From Desulfatiglandales bacterium (GTDB lineage: Bacteria > Desulfobacterota > DSM-4660 > Desulfatiglandales > HGW-15): DNA of 64,000 bases. Positions 20,778 through 30,851 of this stretch are shown here, in pieces. The stretch's first letter is position 1; every line of letters starts with the position of its first letter. The translations under genes were made by a program, and so were the position numbers. Location of the stretch: positions 2,880,001 through 2,944,000 of the forward strand of contig CAXXJJ010000004.1 of the NCBI GenBank assembly GCA_963667015.2, given 5' to 3'. The notes under the pieces were generated by a model. That model had not been told where the DNA came from. It saw nothing but the letters and a program-made list of their open reading frames with translations, and did no database searches.

Positions 20778-22154
20778 ATGAATCAGGCAAAAGAGAAGGC
20801 AGCCCCTTCAGCAGTTAAGGTTCCGCCCCATAATATAGAGGCGGAACAATCAATCCTTGGAGGGGTCCTGATCAATAATGAAGCCATGAATCAGATCATG
20901 GATATCGTTAAACCTGAATGCTTTTATCGCGAGGCCCATGGCCTGATCTTCCAGGGAATGATCGACCTGTACAACAACAATGAACCCATCGATCTCATTA
21001 CCCTTTCGCAGCATCTCACACAAAAAAACAAGATTGATAACACGGGCGGAACAGAATACCTGACATCACTTGTCGAGGCTGTGTCCACGTCTGCAGGGAT
21101 TGAATTCCATGCAGACATAGTCCATGACCGGTATGTCCGCAGAAAACTCCTTTCAGAGTGTTCCAGCATAAGCGAGTCATGCCTTCAGAACTGGCATACA
21201 ACCGCAGAACTTCTGGATATGGCCGAGCAGTCTGTATTTGACATTGCGGAAGAAAAAATCAGCGAAGGTTTTTCTTCCATGGAGGGCGTTATCAATGAAA
21301 GTTTCAAAAAACTTGAAAGTGTATCAGCAGAAGACGGTTTTGTAACAGGTATAACCACTGGGTTTGTTGACTTTGACAGGTATACTGCCGGCCTTCAGCC
21401 GTCGGATATGATTATAATCGCCGGCAGGCCGAGTATGGGAAAAACCGCATTCGCCCTTAATGTCGGCTATAATGCTGCCCTGAAAACAGGAAAAGGTGTA
21501 GCCGTGTTCTCTCTTGAGATGTCCAAAATGTCACTCGGAATGAGACTGCTTGGATTTGAGGCGCAGATAAACGCGGCAAAATTAAGGACAGGAACACTGA
21601 GAGACAGCGACTGGACCAACCTTACCCATGCGGCCGGGGTGTTGTCCGAACTGCCGCTTTTCATTGATGATACATCAGGCATCGGGGTTCTCGACATGAA
21701 GGCAAAATGCAGACGGCTTCTTAAAAAAACCGATCTCTGCATGGTGATCATAGACTATATACAGCTTGTCCAGGGAAGAAGAGGGGCAGAGTCCAGACAG
21801 ATAGAAATATCCGAAATATCACGCTCACTTAAATCGCTGGCAAAGGATCTGAATGTCCCGGTAGTAGCCCTTTCGCAGCTTAACAGGAAGGTGGAAGACC
21901 GCCCCAATAAAAGGCCTCAGATAGCAGACCTGAGGGAAAGCGGGGCTATTGAACAGGATGCGGACGTTATAGCCTTTATCTACAGGGACGAAGTTTACAA
22001 CCCCACAACCGACGAGAACAGGAATATAGCCGAGATAATCATTGCAAAACAGAGGAACGGCCCAACCGGTTTTTTCAAACTGACGTTTCAAAAGGAATTT
22101 ACCCGCTTCAGGGATTACGCTGAAGATCAAAATTACTATCCGCAAGAGGTCTAG
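20778..22154 (+). CDS. dnaB: Replicative DNA helicase
   Basis: PPHNIEAEQ, GRPSMGKT, IDYIQL, SQLNR, DLRESGAIEQDAD, KQRNGP. Confidence 0.98.
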   Translation: MNQAKEKAAPSAVKVPPHNIEAEQSILGGVLINNEAMNQIMDIVKPECFYREAHGLIFQGMIDLYNNNEPIDLITLSQHLTQKNKIDNTGGTEYLTSLVEAVSTSAGIEFHADIVHDRYVRRKLLSECSSISESCLQNWHTTAELLDMAEQSVFDIAEEKISEGFSSMEGVINESFKKLESVSAEDGFVTGITTGFVDFDRYTAGLQPSDMIIIAGRPSMGKTAFALNVGYNAALKTGKGVAVFSLEMSKMSLGMRLLGFEAQINAAKLRTGTLRDSDWTNLTHAAGVLSELPLFIDDTSGIGVLDMKAKCRRLLKKTDLCMVIIDYIQLVQGRRGAESRQIEISEISRSLKSLAKDLNVPVVALSQLNRKVEDRPNKRPQIADLRESGAIEQDADVIAFIYRDEVYNPTTDENRNIAEIIIAKQRNGPTGFFKLTFQKEFTRFRDYAEDQNYYPQEV

Positions 22155-22178
22155 ACCATAGAAAAGATTCAGGGCAAT

Positions 22179-23804
22179 GTGACAGGTCTCAAGTCAAGCC
22201 AGTCAAAAAGGCTTTTAAGACTGTACCATAGAAAAATATCACGCCATGAAATCGCCACAAGGGAGATAATAAGAGAAATTTCCGACATCTCCCGGGAACT
22301 CAATAAACAGATAGGGCTGATTATTACCCGGCGGGGTGATATCGCATATGTTATTGCAGGCGACAATAAGAGCATACATATTCCTGACCTGGGAAGGTTT
22401 CGTTCCGGCGGCAGCCGTTTGAACGGACTCAGGTGCGTACATACCCATTTGAACGGCGAAGAGATATCACAGGAGGATATAACCGATATGGCCCTCCTTG
22501 GTATGGACCTGATGGCCATTGTACGTGTTGATGAAGAGGGAATACCCGGGCGTATCGATTACTCCCACATCCTGCCCGAAAACCCTCAAAACATGGGCTG
22601 GCTGACCACATCGGTCTCTGACATCGGCCGGCTGGAACTTAATTTTGAAGATTTTATAAGATCCCTTGAAGATGAAATATCAAGGACAGGCGGTAAAAGC
22701 CGGGACCGGAAAAAAGAAACGGCAATACTTGTAAGCGTTACAACCCAGTCAAATGAAAGGGCCAGGGAATCGCTTGATGAGCTCAGGGCACTTGCAGTAT
22801 CCAACAACCTGGATGTAGCGGAAAGTGTTACCCAGAGGATTAAAAAGGCCAATCCCCGGTTTTTGATAGGCAAGGGTCGCCTGAGCGAACTTGTTTTAAA
22901 ATGCATTCAGAAGGGAGCCGAACTCCTTATATTTGACAATGAACTTACGCCCACACAGGTAAAACTCCTTACAGATTATACCGAACTAAAGATAATAGAC
23001 AGGAGCCAGCTTATTCTTGATATCTTTTCGAGAAGGGCTGTAACACGGGAAGGCAAGATACAGGTAGAGCTGGCCCAGTTAAAATACCTGCTGCCGCGGC
23101 TTGCCACCAAAAATACGGCAATGTCCAGGCTGACCGGCGGAATCGGCGGAAGGGGGCCGGGAGAAACTAAACTCGAGATCAACCGCCGCCGTGCAAGAGA
23201 ACGGATTGCAAGACTCAATGATGAATTGAAAAAAATCAAAATGCAGAGAGAGAAAAGAAGAAGGCTGAGAAATACCAATCAGCTCCCCATTATATCAATT
23301 GTGGGCTATACAAATGCCGGCAAATCAACCCTTCTCAATCACCTTACACAAAGCAGTATAGGGGCTAACAACAGGCTCTTTGATACCCTGGACACAAGCA
23401 GCAGGAGGCTTCGCTTTCCCAGAGACAGGGAGGTTATTATAACCGATACTGTCGGGTTTATAAGGGATCTTCCCCAGGATCTGATGAAGGCATTTGAAGC
23501 GACCCTTGAAGAACTTCATGACGCAGATCTGCTGCTTCATGTTGTTGATGCATCAAGTCCAAGAATGAAGGAGCAGATAAAAATTGTCGATAAAATTCTT
23601 TCGGATCTTGATCTGTTATCTGTACCCATGATTCTCATACTTAATAAGGCTGACCTGCTGGAAGATGATGAAATACAAAATCTTTCACGAACATATAATG
23701 GCGTGGCTATCTCTGCCATCCATAAAGAAAGCCTGCACCCTCTTCTTGAACGGATTGAAAAACATATATGGGAAGAAGGTCTGGTTATAAAAAATATTTC
23801 TTGA
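22179..23804 (+). CDS. hflX: GTPase HflX, long form with N-terminal extension
   Basis: GPGETKLE, GYTNAGKST, DTVGF, NKAD. Confidence 0.93.
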   Translation: MTGLKSSQSKRLLRLYHRKISRHEIATREIIREISDISRELNKQIGLIITRRGDIAYVIAGDNKSIHIPDLGRFRSGGSRLNGLRCVHTHLNGEEISQEDITDMALLGMDLMAIVRVDEEGIPGRIDYSHILPENPQNMGWLTTSVSDIGRLELNFEDFIRSLEDEISRTGGKSRDRKKETAILVSVTTQSNERARESLDELRALAVSNNLDVAESVTQRIKKANPRFLIGKGRLSELVLKCIQKGAELLIFDNELTPTQVKLLTDYTELKIIDRSQLILDIFSRRAVTREGKIQVELAQLKYLLPRLATKNTAMSRLTGGIGGRGPGETKLEINRRRARERIARLNDELKKIKMQREKRRRLRNTNQLPIISIVGYTNAGKSTLLNHLTQSSIGANNRLFDTLDTSSRRLRFPRDREVIITDTVGFIRDLPQDLMKAFEATLEELHDADLLLHVVDASSPRMKEQIKIVDKILSDLDLLSVPMILILNKADLLEDDEIQNLSRTYNGVAISAIHKESLHPLLERIEKHIWEEGLVIKNIS

Positions 23805-23829
23805 ATTTAAAGATTGGGCATATTATAAT
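23801..23829 (+). promoter_or_regulatory. sigma70 promoter of the cold-shock gene
   Basis: TTGAAT-N17-TATAAT, giving a 5' UTR of about 120 nt. Confidence 0.6.
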
Positions 23830-23957
23830 TCCCAATTACATTTTAAGAGCCCCTCTTTTTTTTGGGGGCTTGTTTCGTACTGAGGGTAAAGTTTCACCGC
23901 CAAGTGGCATCCTGAGGTTGAGAAACAGTAACGTTAACTTGAAAGGAGGATGTCATT

Positions 23958-24161
23958 ATGGCAAACGGAACCGTAAAATGGTTTAGTGACAAGAAGGGCT
24001 TCGGTTTTATCGAACTTGAAGACGGCAGTGGTGACGTATTTGTTCATCATTCAGCCATAAACATGGATGGTTTTAAAAGCCTTGATGAGGGCGACAAGGT
24101 AACCCTGGAAATTGAGCAGGGACAGCGCGGCCCATCGGCAAAAAACGTAACCAAGCTTTAG
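23958..24161 (+). CDS. Cold-shock protein
   Basis: [21 protein letters not shown]. Confidence 0.96.
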   Translation: MANGTVKWFSDKKGFGFIELEDGSGDVFVHHSAINMDGFKSLDEGDKVTLEIEQGQRGPSAKNVTKL

Positions 24162-24180
24162 AATACGTTAACTTACTATA

Positions 24181-24218
24181 AAGGCATCCTGACACCCCGG
24201 TGGCAGGATGCCTTTTTT
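24181..24218 (+). terminator. Intrinsic terminator after csp
   Basis: AAGGCATCCTG...CAGGATGCCTT followed by a T run. Confidence 0.8.
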
Positions 24219-24232
24219 ATCAGGATTTACAA

Positions 24233-24655
24233 ATGAAAGAAACAGATATTGACCGCACTCCGGTCGCAAAAGATATAATAACCGTCTGTTCCAGGTGCAA
24301 ACTGGAGCTGAACCATATCGTCGTAAGGCACAACACGCAAGGCATTGTTGATCGAGTCAAGTGCCATACATGCGGTTTTGAGCACAAATACAAACCCGTA
24401 AAAAAGAAGGCGGAAACAACAAGGAAAAGAAAATCGCCTGTAAGGAGAAAGTCGCCGGAAAAAGAGTATGCATCATTAATGGAAAAGAATATTGATGTGG
24501 AACCGGTTCCATACAGCATAAGGGCTTCATTCCGCGAAGGCGAAATAATCGATCATAAGACCTTCGGAAAGGGAATAGTCATGGGGACCTCATTTGAACG
24601 CGTTGAAGTGCTCTTTCAGGACGGAGTAAAAACACTGGCTGCTGACAAAAAATAA
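24233..24655 (+). CDS. Zinc-ribbon hypothetical protein
   Basis: CSRC...CHTC and C-terminal HKTFGKGIV; start moved past the terminator. Confidence 0.7.
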   Translation: MKETDIDRTPVAKDIITVCSRCKLELNHIVVRHNTQGIVDRVKCHTCGFEHKYKPVKKKAETTRKRKSPVRRKSPEKEYASLMEKNIDVEPVPYSIRASFREGEIIDHKTFGKGIVMGTSFERVEVLFQDGVKTLAADKK

Positions 24656-24659
24656 CAGA

Positions 24660-25688
24660 CTAGGGAGAAATGCTTTTCCAGCCTGAAGATCTTATCAGTT
24701 TGCCATCCCGGGTGATGATAAGTGCTTCACGGCCGGGAAGGGAATTTATAAAAGATATGCCGTAGTCAGGTGCCATGACCATAAGAGAAGTTGCCAGGGC
24801 GTCTGCCTCCATGGCAGTCGGTGCAATAATAGAGGCACTGGAGTTAAGAACAGGCGAAAACCCGGTTTTGGGATCCGCTATATGATGAAATATCCTTTCC
24901 GCATCAAAGTAGTTCTCGTAGTCTCCTGATGTCGCCACAGAAGAACCAGTTAATTCAATTACATCAAGATGGTTATTTTTATCTGCAGGGTCCTGAATCG
25001 CAACCTTCCATGGCTTTCCGTCTTCCCTTAGGCCTTCAGTCTTCATGTCACCGCCGGCATTAATAAGATAGTTCTTAATTCCATGTTCAGGAAGCACCTT
25101 TGAGGCCATATCAACGATATAACCCTTTGCCAGCCCGTCCAGGGTAATATGCATGCCTTTTTCCCCGAGTCTGATGCTGTTCCCCTTGAGCCCTATCTTA
25201 TCGCTCCCAACAAACTCTAGCGTTTCTTTAATTTCGCTTTCCCGGGGGACCTCGTTTTCTGAAAATCTGTCCCTGAACAGTTCAATTACAGGTAAAATCG
25301 TTATATCAAACGCCCCTTTTGTCAGTTTATTATATTCAAGGGCATGCTCTATAACCTCCACAAGCTGGGGGTCGGCGTTTTCAAGAAAACCGTCCCTGTT
25401 CAATCTGGATACTTCAGAATTCTCGTCATAATGGCTCATTATACCGGAAAGCCTTTTTATCTCTTCAAAGACATCATTCATTATCTTTTTGTTATCTGTT
25501 CCCGGTTCATAAAGGAAGATAACCGTAACGGTTGTGCCCATGGCCAGCCTCGTGCTTGCTGCTCTTTTAAGGCTGTTTTTACCGCAGGCGGAGATAAAAA
25601 ATAATGATATTAGAAGAAAGAGTGCAGCTATTGCTGCAGGTTTAAAGAAGGTTCTTCGGTTATAATTTCTGATAATCATAAATAACAC
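24660..25688 (-). CDS. apbE: FAD:protein FMN transferase (lipoprotein)
   Basis: AMGT, FDIT, LDGLAKGY, ATSGDYE, HHIADP, ADALAT. Confidence 0.93.
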   Translation of the reverse strand: MLFMIIRNYNRRTFFKPAAIAALFLLISLFFISACGKNSLKRAASTRLAMGTTVTVIFLYEPGTDNKKIMNDVFEEIKRLSGIMSHYDENSEVSRLNRDGFLENADPQLVEVIEHALEYNKLTKGAFDITILPVIELFRDRFSENEVPRESEIKETLEFVGSDKIGLKGNSIRLGEKGMHITLDGLAKGYIVDMASKVLPEHGIKNYLINAGGDMKTEGLREDGKPWKVAIQDPADKNNHLDVIELTGSSVATSGDYENYFDAERIFHHIADPKTGFSPVLNSSASIIAPTAMEADALATSLMVMAPDYGISFINSLPGREALIITRDGKLIRSSGWKSISP

Positions 25689-25717
25689 CTGTTTAACAGC
25701 GGTTAACCGCCGGCTTA

Positions 25718-26752
25718 TTAAAGGGACTCATTAAGTTTTCTTCCGACATCTATCTTTCCATGCATCCTTTGCAGTATGATGAAGGCTATGCACCCTAAAA
25801 TTATTGTCGGGAAATAGAATGATCCATGCAGCAGGATCGCGGCAGACAGCGCCTTTTCATTTGAAACACCATAAAATATAAACCCCTTTTTAACCAGTTG
25901 GTGAAACACCCCTATATACCCGGGTGCAAAGGGGACCATTACTGCAAGAGCCGCCACGGACTGTATTATGAACGTCGCAATAAAGGGAAGCCTTATACCA
26001 ACCGCCATTTCGATAAAATATACCTGCCAGAGAGAAATATACCACAGGAGTACGGACCACAATACAGCCTTTATCCAGTCACCAGTACTCTTTAAAGGGG
26101 CAAGCCCTTTTACAAAATTTTCTATAACAGCCGTCACCTTCAATCTTATTTTATCCGGAACCATAAACAGCATTCGGCTTATTATGCTGATAAAAAATTG
26201 GGGGCGGGACCTTAATCCTTTAATAATGGCAATAAGTATCAGTGAGGTAAAGAACAGCGCAATGGCGGTTCCACGCCTGTTCTGGGAGGCACCGGACAGA
26301 TCATCGGGAAAGGCCGTAAACATCAAACCGATAAGGAATATAAGGAAAAGCGCAAATCCATCAAATATTCTTTCGACTACAATAGTCCCGAAGGCCGAAC
26401 TTTTGCTGATCTTTTCAGCCTTTCCCAGCGAGTGCGCCCTGACAATCTCACCAAGCCTTGCGGGAAAAATGCAGTTGGCAGCAAAACCGATAAGGACAGA
26501 CAGAAGCCTGCTTGAAAAACCTGTTTCTTTTACCGGCCTCAGCAGAATGCGCCATCGCCAGGCCCTGATAAAAAATTGCAAAATGCAGACAAGAACGGCC
26601 AGCAGGAGATAAAATAGATTGGAGGATAAAATAGTCTGCCCGGTCTGTTCGAAATCAACATCACGAAATGCCAGATAAAGAAACAGGGCACTTAAAATCA
26701 GCCCTGCCCCCAGCTTCCAGTTTATCGGATTTGACGGCTTACTGTTTCCCAT
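25718..26752 (-). CDS. Lysylphosphatidylglycerol synthase TM-domain / flippase-like protein
   Basis: RAWRW, PARLGEIVR, VERIFD, PGYIG. Confidence 0.85.
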   Translation of the reverse strand: MGNSKPSNPINWKLGAGLILSALFLYLAFRDVDFEQTGQTILSSNLFYLLLAVLVCILQFFIRAWRWRILLRPVKETGFSSRLLSVLIGFAANCIFPARLGEIVRAHSLGKAEKISKSSAFGTIVVERIFDGFALFLIFLIGLMFTAFPDDLSGASQNRRGTAIALFFTSLILIAIIKGLRSRPQFFISIISRMLFMVPDKIRLKVTAVIENFVKGLAPLKSTGDWIKAVLWSVLLWYISLWQVYFIEMAVGIRLPFIATFIIQSVAALAVMVPFAPGYIGVFHQLVKKGFIFYGVSNEKALSAAILLHGSFYFPTIILGCIAFIILQRMHGKIDVGRKLNESL

Positions 26753-27677
26753 TCATCTCCAGAATTTCTCTCGCCTTAATTACATCCCTTTTAATCTGTT
26801 CAGCCAGTTCATCCTTACCATTGAAGGTCCTTTCTTCTCTCAGCCTGCTGATAAACTTTATGGTGAACCTTTCACCGACAATGTCACCGCTGAAATCAAG
26901 GACATGGGTTTCAATAGAAAGAGCAGTCCCGCCAAAGGTTGGATTAACACCGATATTGCACACACCGTCATACTCTTTATCATGAATATATGCCTTTACG
27001 GCATACACACCCTTCTTGGGGATTAGTTCATCCACCGGTATCAGGTTTGCAGTGGGGAACCTGAGTATACTGCGTCCCCTTCCCATACCGGTCTTTACAA
27101 TGCCGGTGATCTGGTAGTCCCTTCCTAATAGCCTTTTTGCCTCCGGAAGGTTTCCCTCTTTAACCAGGTTCCTGATGGAGGTGCTTGAGACAAGGGTGCT
27201 GTTAAGATGAATCGGTTCAACAACATGTACCCTGAAACCCAGCTTATCACCCATCTTTTTGAGAAAGTCTATATTTCCCTTTCTGCCTGAGCCAAAGGTG
27301 TAGTCATAACCAACCACTATCTCTTTGACCCCAATCTTTTTCACCAGCAGTTCATTAACAAAATCCTCCGCTGTTATGGCTGCAAACTCCCTGTTAAAGG
27401 GCAGACAGAGTATCACATCAATTCCGGCATCAGCTATAAGTTTCAGCTTCTGTTCAACAGGTGTGATCAGGGGCGGCCCGTTTCCGGGTTTTACTATCTT
27501 GATGGGATGAGGTTCAAAGGTCATCACCACGGACTGCCCCTTAATATCAGCGGCAAGCGTTTTAACTTTATCAAACAGGGCAAGATGCCCTCTATGAACC
27601 CCGTCAAAGTTACCGATGGTCAATACCGGGTTTATTAATGGTTTTTCAATTTCATTTAAATCTTTAATTATGCTCAT
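26739..27677 (-). CDS. ribF: Riboflavin kinase / FAD synthetase
   Basis: GNFDGVHRGH, VSSTSIR, FPTAN, GVNPTF, IETH. Confidence 0.97.
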   Translation of the reverse strand: MSIIKDLNEIEKPLINPVLTIGNFDGVHRGHLALFDKVKTLAADIKGQSVVMTFEPHPIKIVKPGNGPPLITPVEQKLKLIADAGIDVILCLPFNREFAAITAEDFVNELLVKKIGVKEIVVGYDYTFGSGRKGNIDFLKKMGDKLGFRVHVVEPIHLNSTLVSSTSIRNLVKEGNLPEAKRLLGRDYQITGIVKTGMGRGRSILRFPTANLIPVDELIPKKGVYAVKAYIHDKEYDGVCNIGVNPTFGGTALSIETHVLDFSGDIVGERFTIKFISRLREERTFNGKDELAEQIKRDVIKAREILEMNGKQ

Positions 27678-27842
27678 TATTCACAAAAATTCCTTAATTT
27701 TTCCTTATGCCCTGCGCTGCTAATCCGCCAGCATTTTTTGTTTCACAGGTATTGGAAACCAATGGGCAGACCATCAACTTATTTGTTGACAGAAATCTTA
27801 AGATACTATAAATAAAGCAAAAAAATATCAACCCCATAATGT

Positions 27843-27929
27843 GCCGAAGTGGTGGAACTGGTAGACACGCTAGGTTCAGGGTCTAGTGGGCGTGCGTCCG
27901 TGCGAGTTCGAGTCTCGCCTTCGGCACCA
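27843..27929 (+). tRNA. tRNA-Leu(CAG)
   Basis: Acceptor GCCGAAG/CTTCGGC, anticodon loop TTCAGGG, long variable arm, GTTCGAGTC, encoded CCA. Confidence 0.96.
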
Positions 27930-27941
27930 CCTTAACAATTC

Positions 27942-27975
27942 AAGCCGTAATCTTAACAGATTGCGGCTTTTTTGT
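27942..27975 (+). terminator. Terminator after the tRNA
   Basis: AAGCCGTAATCT/AGATTGCGGCTT hairpin plus T run. Confidence 0.75.
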
Positions 27976-28184
27976 TTTTACTGGTTGGGAATAGGTATAC
28001 ACCAGAAAACAGTTCACAAGTGCTCATTGCCTATGTTTTTCTATATCACTATTTTCATTGGCAAAGGCTTTTCCATCTATTTCAATATAAGACATAAGGG
28101 AAATCATGGGCTATAGTTTAAGAATATTCTTTATTGATAAAGTATTTGAATAAAATACTAAGCATCCTGCCTCTAATATAAAAA

Positions 28185-28344
28185 ATCCACCGCCAAATTT
28201 ATCTTAGGCAACAATAACAGTGGATTTTGGGTATCAGTTTCAGATACAAGGCGCCGAAGGAGCGCCGTCTGAGGCATATAAAAGGTCCGACTCAGGGAGG
28301 ATTGGCTGCCGTCTTCCTTAGCAGATGACATTTTGATGGTGGAT
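28185..28344. repeat. Possible MITE-like remnant
   Basis: Imperfect terminal inverted repeats: ATCCACCGCCAAAT vs reverse complement ATCCACCATCAAAAT; no ORF. Confidence 0.3.
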
Positions 28345-28495
28345 CAGGGCGAACATCAAAATCTTGACTTTACTCACCCATTGTTGCATTTTATAATCAA
28401 CATGTTAAATAAAGATATAAACTGATTCCTCTCTACTGACTGAAGGGGTTGGGAAAGGGAGAATAAAAGAAACAGGGCTGACGCAGCCTGAATTC

Positions 28496-28895
28496 ATGGG
28501 CATCACAAAGGTGAAGGCAAGGCTGTGTGCGGGTGACGGCTCATTTGAAACAGATGAAGGAACAAACAACAGATATCTCTTTCAGAGCGAATGGCTCAAA
28601 AGAAAGGGACAGCCGGATAAAATGGTATTAATGGAGGTCTTCGGCAACAGCATGGAGCCCGAGTTGAAATCAGGTGACACTGTCCTTGTCGACGGCTCTC
28701 AGAACAGCATAATTCCCGGGCTTATTTATGCAGTGGGAATAGATAATACAATAATGATAAAACGTATAGAAAAGCACCCCGGGAAGATACATTTAAGGAG
28801 TGATAACAAAGAGTACGAACCCATCGTTGTTGAAGGTGAAGGCATAAACAATGCGCATAATAGGCCGCATTATCTGGACCTGCCGAACCCTGTAA
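28496..28895 (+). pseudogene. S24 (LexA/CI-type) peptidase domain remnant with frameshift
   Basis: GNSMEP and IKRI motifs, no HTH; the expected tail RIIGRIIWTCRTL* is in another frame after about 28853. Confidence 0.75.
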
Positions 28896-28902
28896 ATCAT
28901 TC

Positions 28903-29028
28903 GTCATTCCACGGCTTGTCGAAGATCCCGATACTGTTTCGGGGACAGTGGAATCCACAACCCCGCCGTCATTCCACTGCTTGCCTGTCACGGCGAAGCT
29001 TTTGCGGAGACTGAACCGCGGAATCCAG
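28903..29028. repeat. Two REP-like palindromes (GTCATTCC...GGAATCCA)
   Basis: 28903-28957 and 28968-29028, each with an internal hairpin insert. Confidence 0.6.
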
Positions 29029-29261
29029 TTTTTTTTGTCTTTCGTAGTGGCGAAAAATCTTTCGCCCTCTTTCACTGTCAGCCTTCGGCTAACCAGCTTC
29101 TTTAGCCCGGTATTTCCTCGTTCCAATGGTCCGCCGTGGGAACGCTATCTTCTGACGCTCTGCGTAGATTTTAAGTTTCCTGATGCACCGACCTCCGACC
29201 TCTGACCTCTATTTTCTTTGCTTTCCCTAACAGCCTATAGCCTAAACCGCTACAGCCTATA

Positions 29262-30215
29262 TTACCCCACATCCAAAGGGCTCTTTGCCCCAAGCCCGCC
29301 CTTTTTCATAACATGTGTATAAATCATGGTTGTTCTTATATCCTTATGCCCCAGCAGTTCCTGCACCGTTCTTATATCATATCCGTTTTCCAGCATATGT
29401 GTTGCAAAGGAATGCCTGAATGTGTGTGGACCAATCACTTTGGTGATTCCGGCTTTTTGCCCCGCCGCTCTGACCGCCTTTCTAAGGGCACTTTCATCAA
29501 AATGATGGCGTCTTTTTTTGCCGCTGCGTGGATCTGTGGAAATTTTAGATGCAGGAAAAATATACTGCCATTTCCATTCCTTTGCTGCGTTTTTATATTT
29601 TCTTTCCAGTGCATAGGGGAGATAAACCTCTCCAAAACCATTTTTAAGATCATGACCATGCATCACCTTTATTTTTTCCAAATGATCTTTCATTAATGGC
29701 TGTATTTTTTCCGGAAACAGTGTTGCGCGGTCCTTGGCTCCTTTTCCATCTATTACATTTATCTGGTTCATATAAAAATCAATATTGTTTACTCTTAACC
29801 TCATGCACTCTTTTACCCTCAACCCCGATCCATAAATCACCTGTGCCATTAACCTGTTTGTACCGGCCATAAAACTCAAAACACTTTCAACTTCTTCTTT
29901 ACTTAAAACCACAGGGATCTTCTCAGGTTTTTTAGCTCTTTCCATTGGTCCAAAATCACCCAGATCAATTTTGAGAACATTTTTATATAAATAAACAACA
30001 GCATTTAACGCCTGATTCTGAGTACTGGCTGCAACATTTTTATTTAAAGCAAGGTCCGAAATAAAATCAGAGATCTCTTTTTCACCCATATCAGCGGGAT
30101 GTTTTTTATTATGGAAAAGAATAAATTTTTTCATCCATTTTACATAAGCCTCTTCAGTACTGTATGAATTATGCTTCTTCCTCATAACCTGCCTTACCTG
30201 ATCAAGAAGTCTCAT
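29262..30215 (-). CDS. intI: Integron integrase
   Basis: STQNQALNA, YGSGLR, GKGAKDR, IntI-specific insertion [40 protein letters not shown]. Confidence 0.97.
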   Translation of the reverse strand: MRLLDQVRQVMRKKHNSYSTEEAYVKWMKKFILFHNKKHPADMGEKEISDFISDLALNKNVAASTQNQALNAVVYLYKNVLKIDLGDFGPMERAKKPEKIPVVLSKEEVESVLSFMAGTNRLMAQVIYGSGLRVKECMRLRVNNIDFYMNQINVIDGKGAKDRATLFPEKIQPLMKDHLEKIKVMHGHDLKNGFGEVYLPYALERKYKNAAKEWKWQYIFPASKISTDPRSGKKRRHHFDESALRKAVRAAGQKAGITKVIGPHTFRHSFATHMLENGYDIRTVQELLGHKDIRTTMIYTHVMKKGGLGAKSPLDVG

Positions 30216-30312
30216 GATAAACCTCCTTATAATTGTTTTGACATCATTTTATAATTATGGTTGATTTACAGCCATTGCCTGATCATTTAATCGATAGAAT
30301 TAAATACTTCTT

Positions 30313-30408
30313 ATCATTCCCCGACTACTCGAAGATCCCGTGTTGTTTACGGGGATCAGGAAATCCATGCAACGAACGTCATTCCCGGGCTCCGACCAGG
30401 GAATCCAG
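30313..30408. repeat. Two REP-like palindromes in the intI leader
   Basis: ATCATTCC...GGAAATCCA (30313-30367) and GTCATTCCCG...GGGAATCCAG (30378-30408). Confidence 0.6.
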
Positions 30409-30461
30409 TAGCTTTAAATGCTTTTTTCCTGGCTTTATTTATGAGAAGCTTGAATTACCAG

Positions 30462-30490
30462 ATAATAAACTACTTGTTTATATTTGTCAA
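30462..30490 (-). promoter_or_regulatory. Candidate PintI sigma70 promoter
   Basis: Minus strand TTGACA-N17-TATTAT pointing at intI. Confidence 0.6.
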
Positions 30491-30514
30491 CTTTTTCCGT
30501 ATTTTTGTTTTCCA

Positions 30515-30557
30515 ATATGGCTGATATATTTAGATATTTGTGTAATATCAGCCATAT
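30515..30557. promoter_or_regulatory. Perfect 13-bp inverted repeat, candidate operator
   Basis: ATATGGCTGATAT-N17-ATATCAGCCATAT. Confidence 0.45.
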
Positions 30558-30844
30558 AGCAAATAATAAAAAATACAAGAACCCTGATACAGGAAAATTT
30601 GTCCATATAGACCAGGGCCATCTTGACTCATACGTAATATTCTTACAACCTATTGATTTATAATGTTATTATTGATTTTATTGTGTTTTTAAGTATATTG
30701 GTTTTTATATTATGCGTTGCCTGTTTTTCCGCTTTCAATATGGAGCCAATAAATAAGATAAATTATTGAATTTATAATTATTAACGAGTATTTTCGGGCA
30801 ATTTTCAAAGAGCGGATATGGGAAAATGGGCCCGGTACTCCTAT

Positions 30845-30851
30845 GTTAAAA
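30845..30851 (+). other. attI crossover point (G|TTAAAA)
   Basis: Similarity to the other family A cassettes begins exactly at this GTT; no attC arm upstream. Confidence 0.8.

Noticed and set aside
1769..27510. Many antisense or overlapping ORFs in the housekeeping half (e.g. 8755-9462, 11112-11645, 25968-26612)
   Set aside because: They shadow well-supported genes and show no recognisable motifs.
27886..28116. 76-aa ORF
   Set aside because: It overlaps the tRNA and its terminator.
28496..29014. Intact 172-aa S24 protein from the ORF track
   Set aside because: The tail is frameshifted read-through into palindromic repeats; the family-like end is at 28895 in another frame.
30600..30840. Cassette promoter Pc
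   Set aside because: The region is AT-rich with several weak candidates (e.g. TTGATT-N16-TATATT at 30672-30699); none can be singled out.
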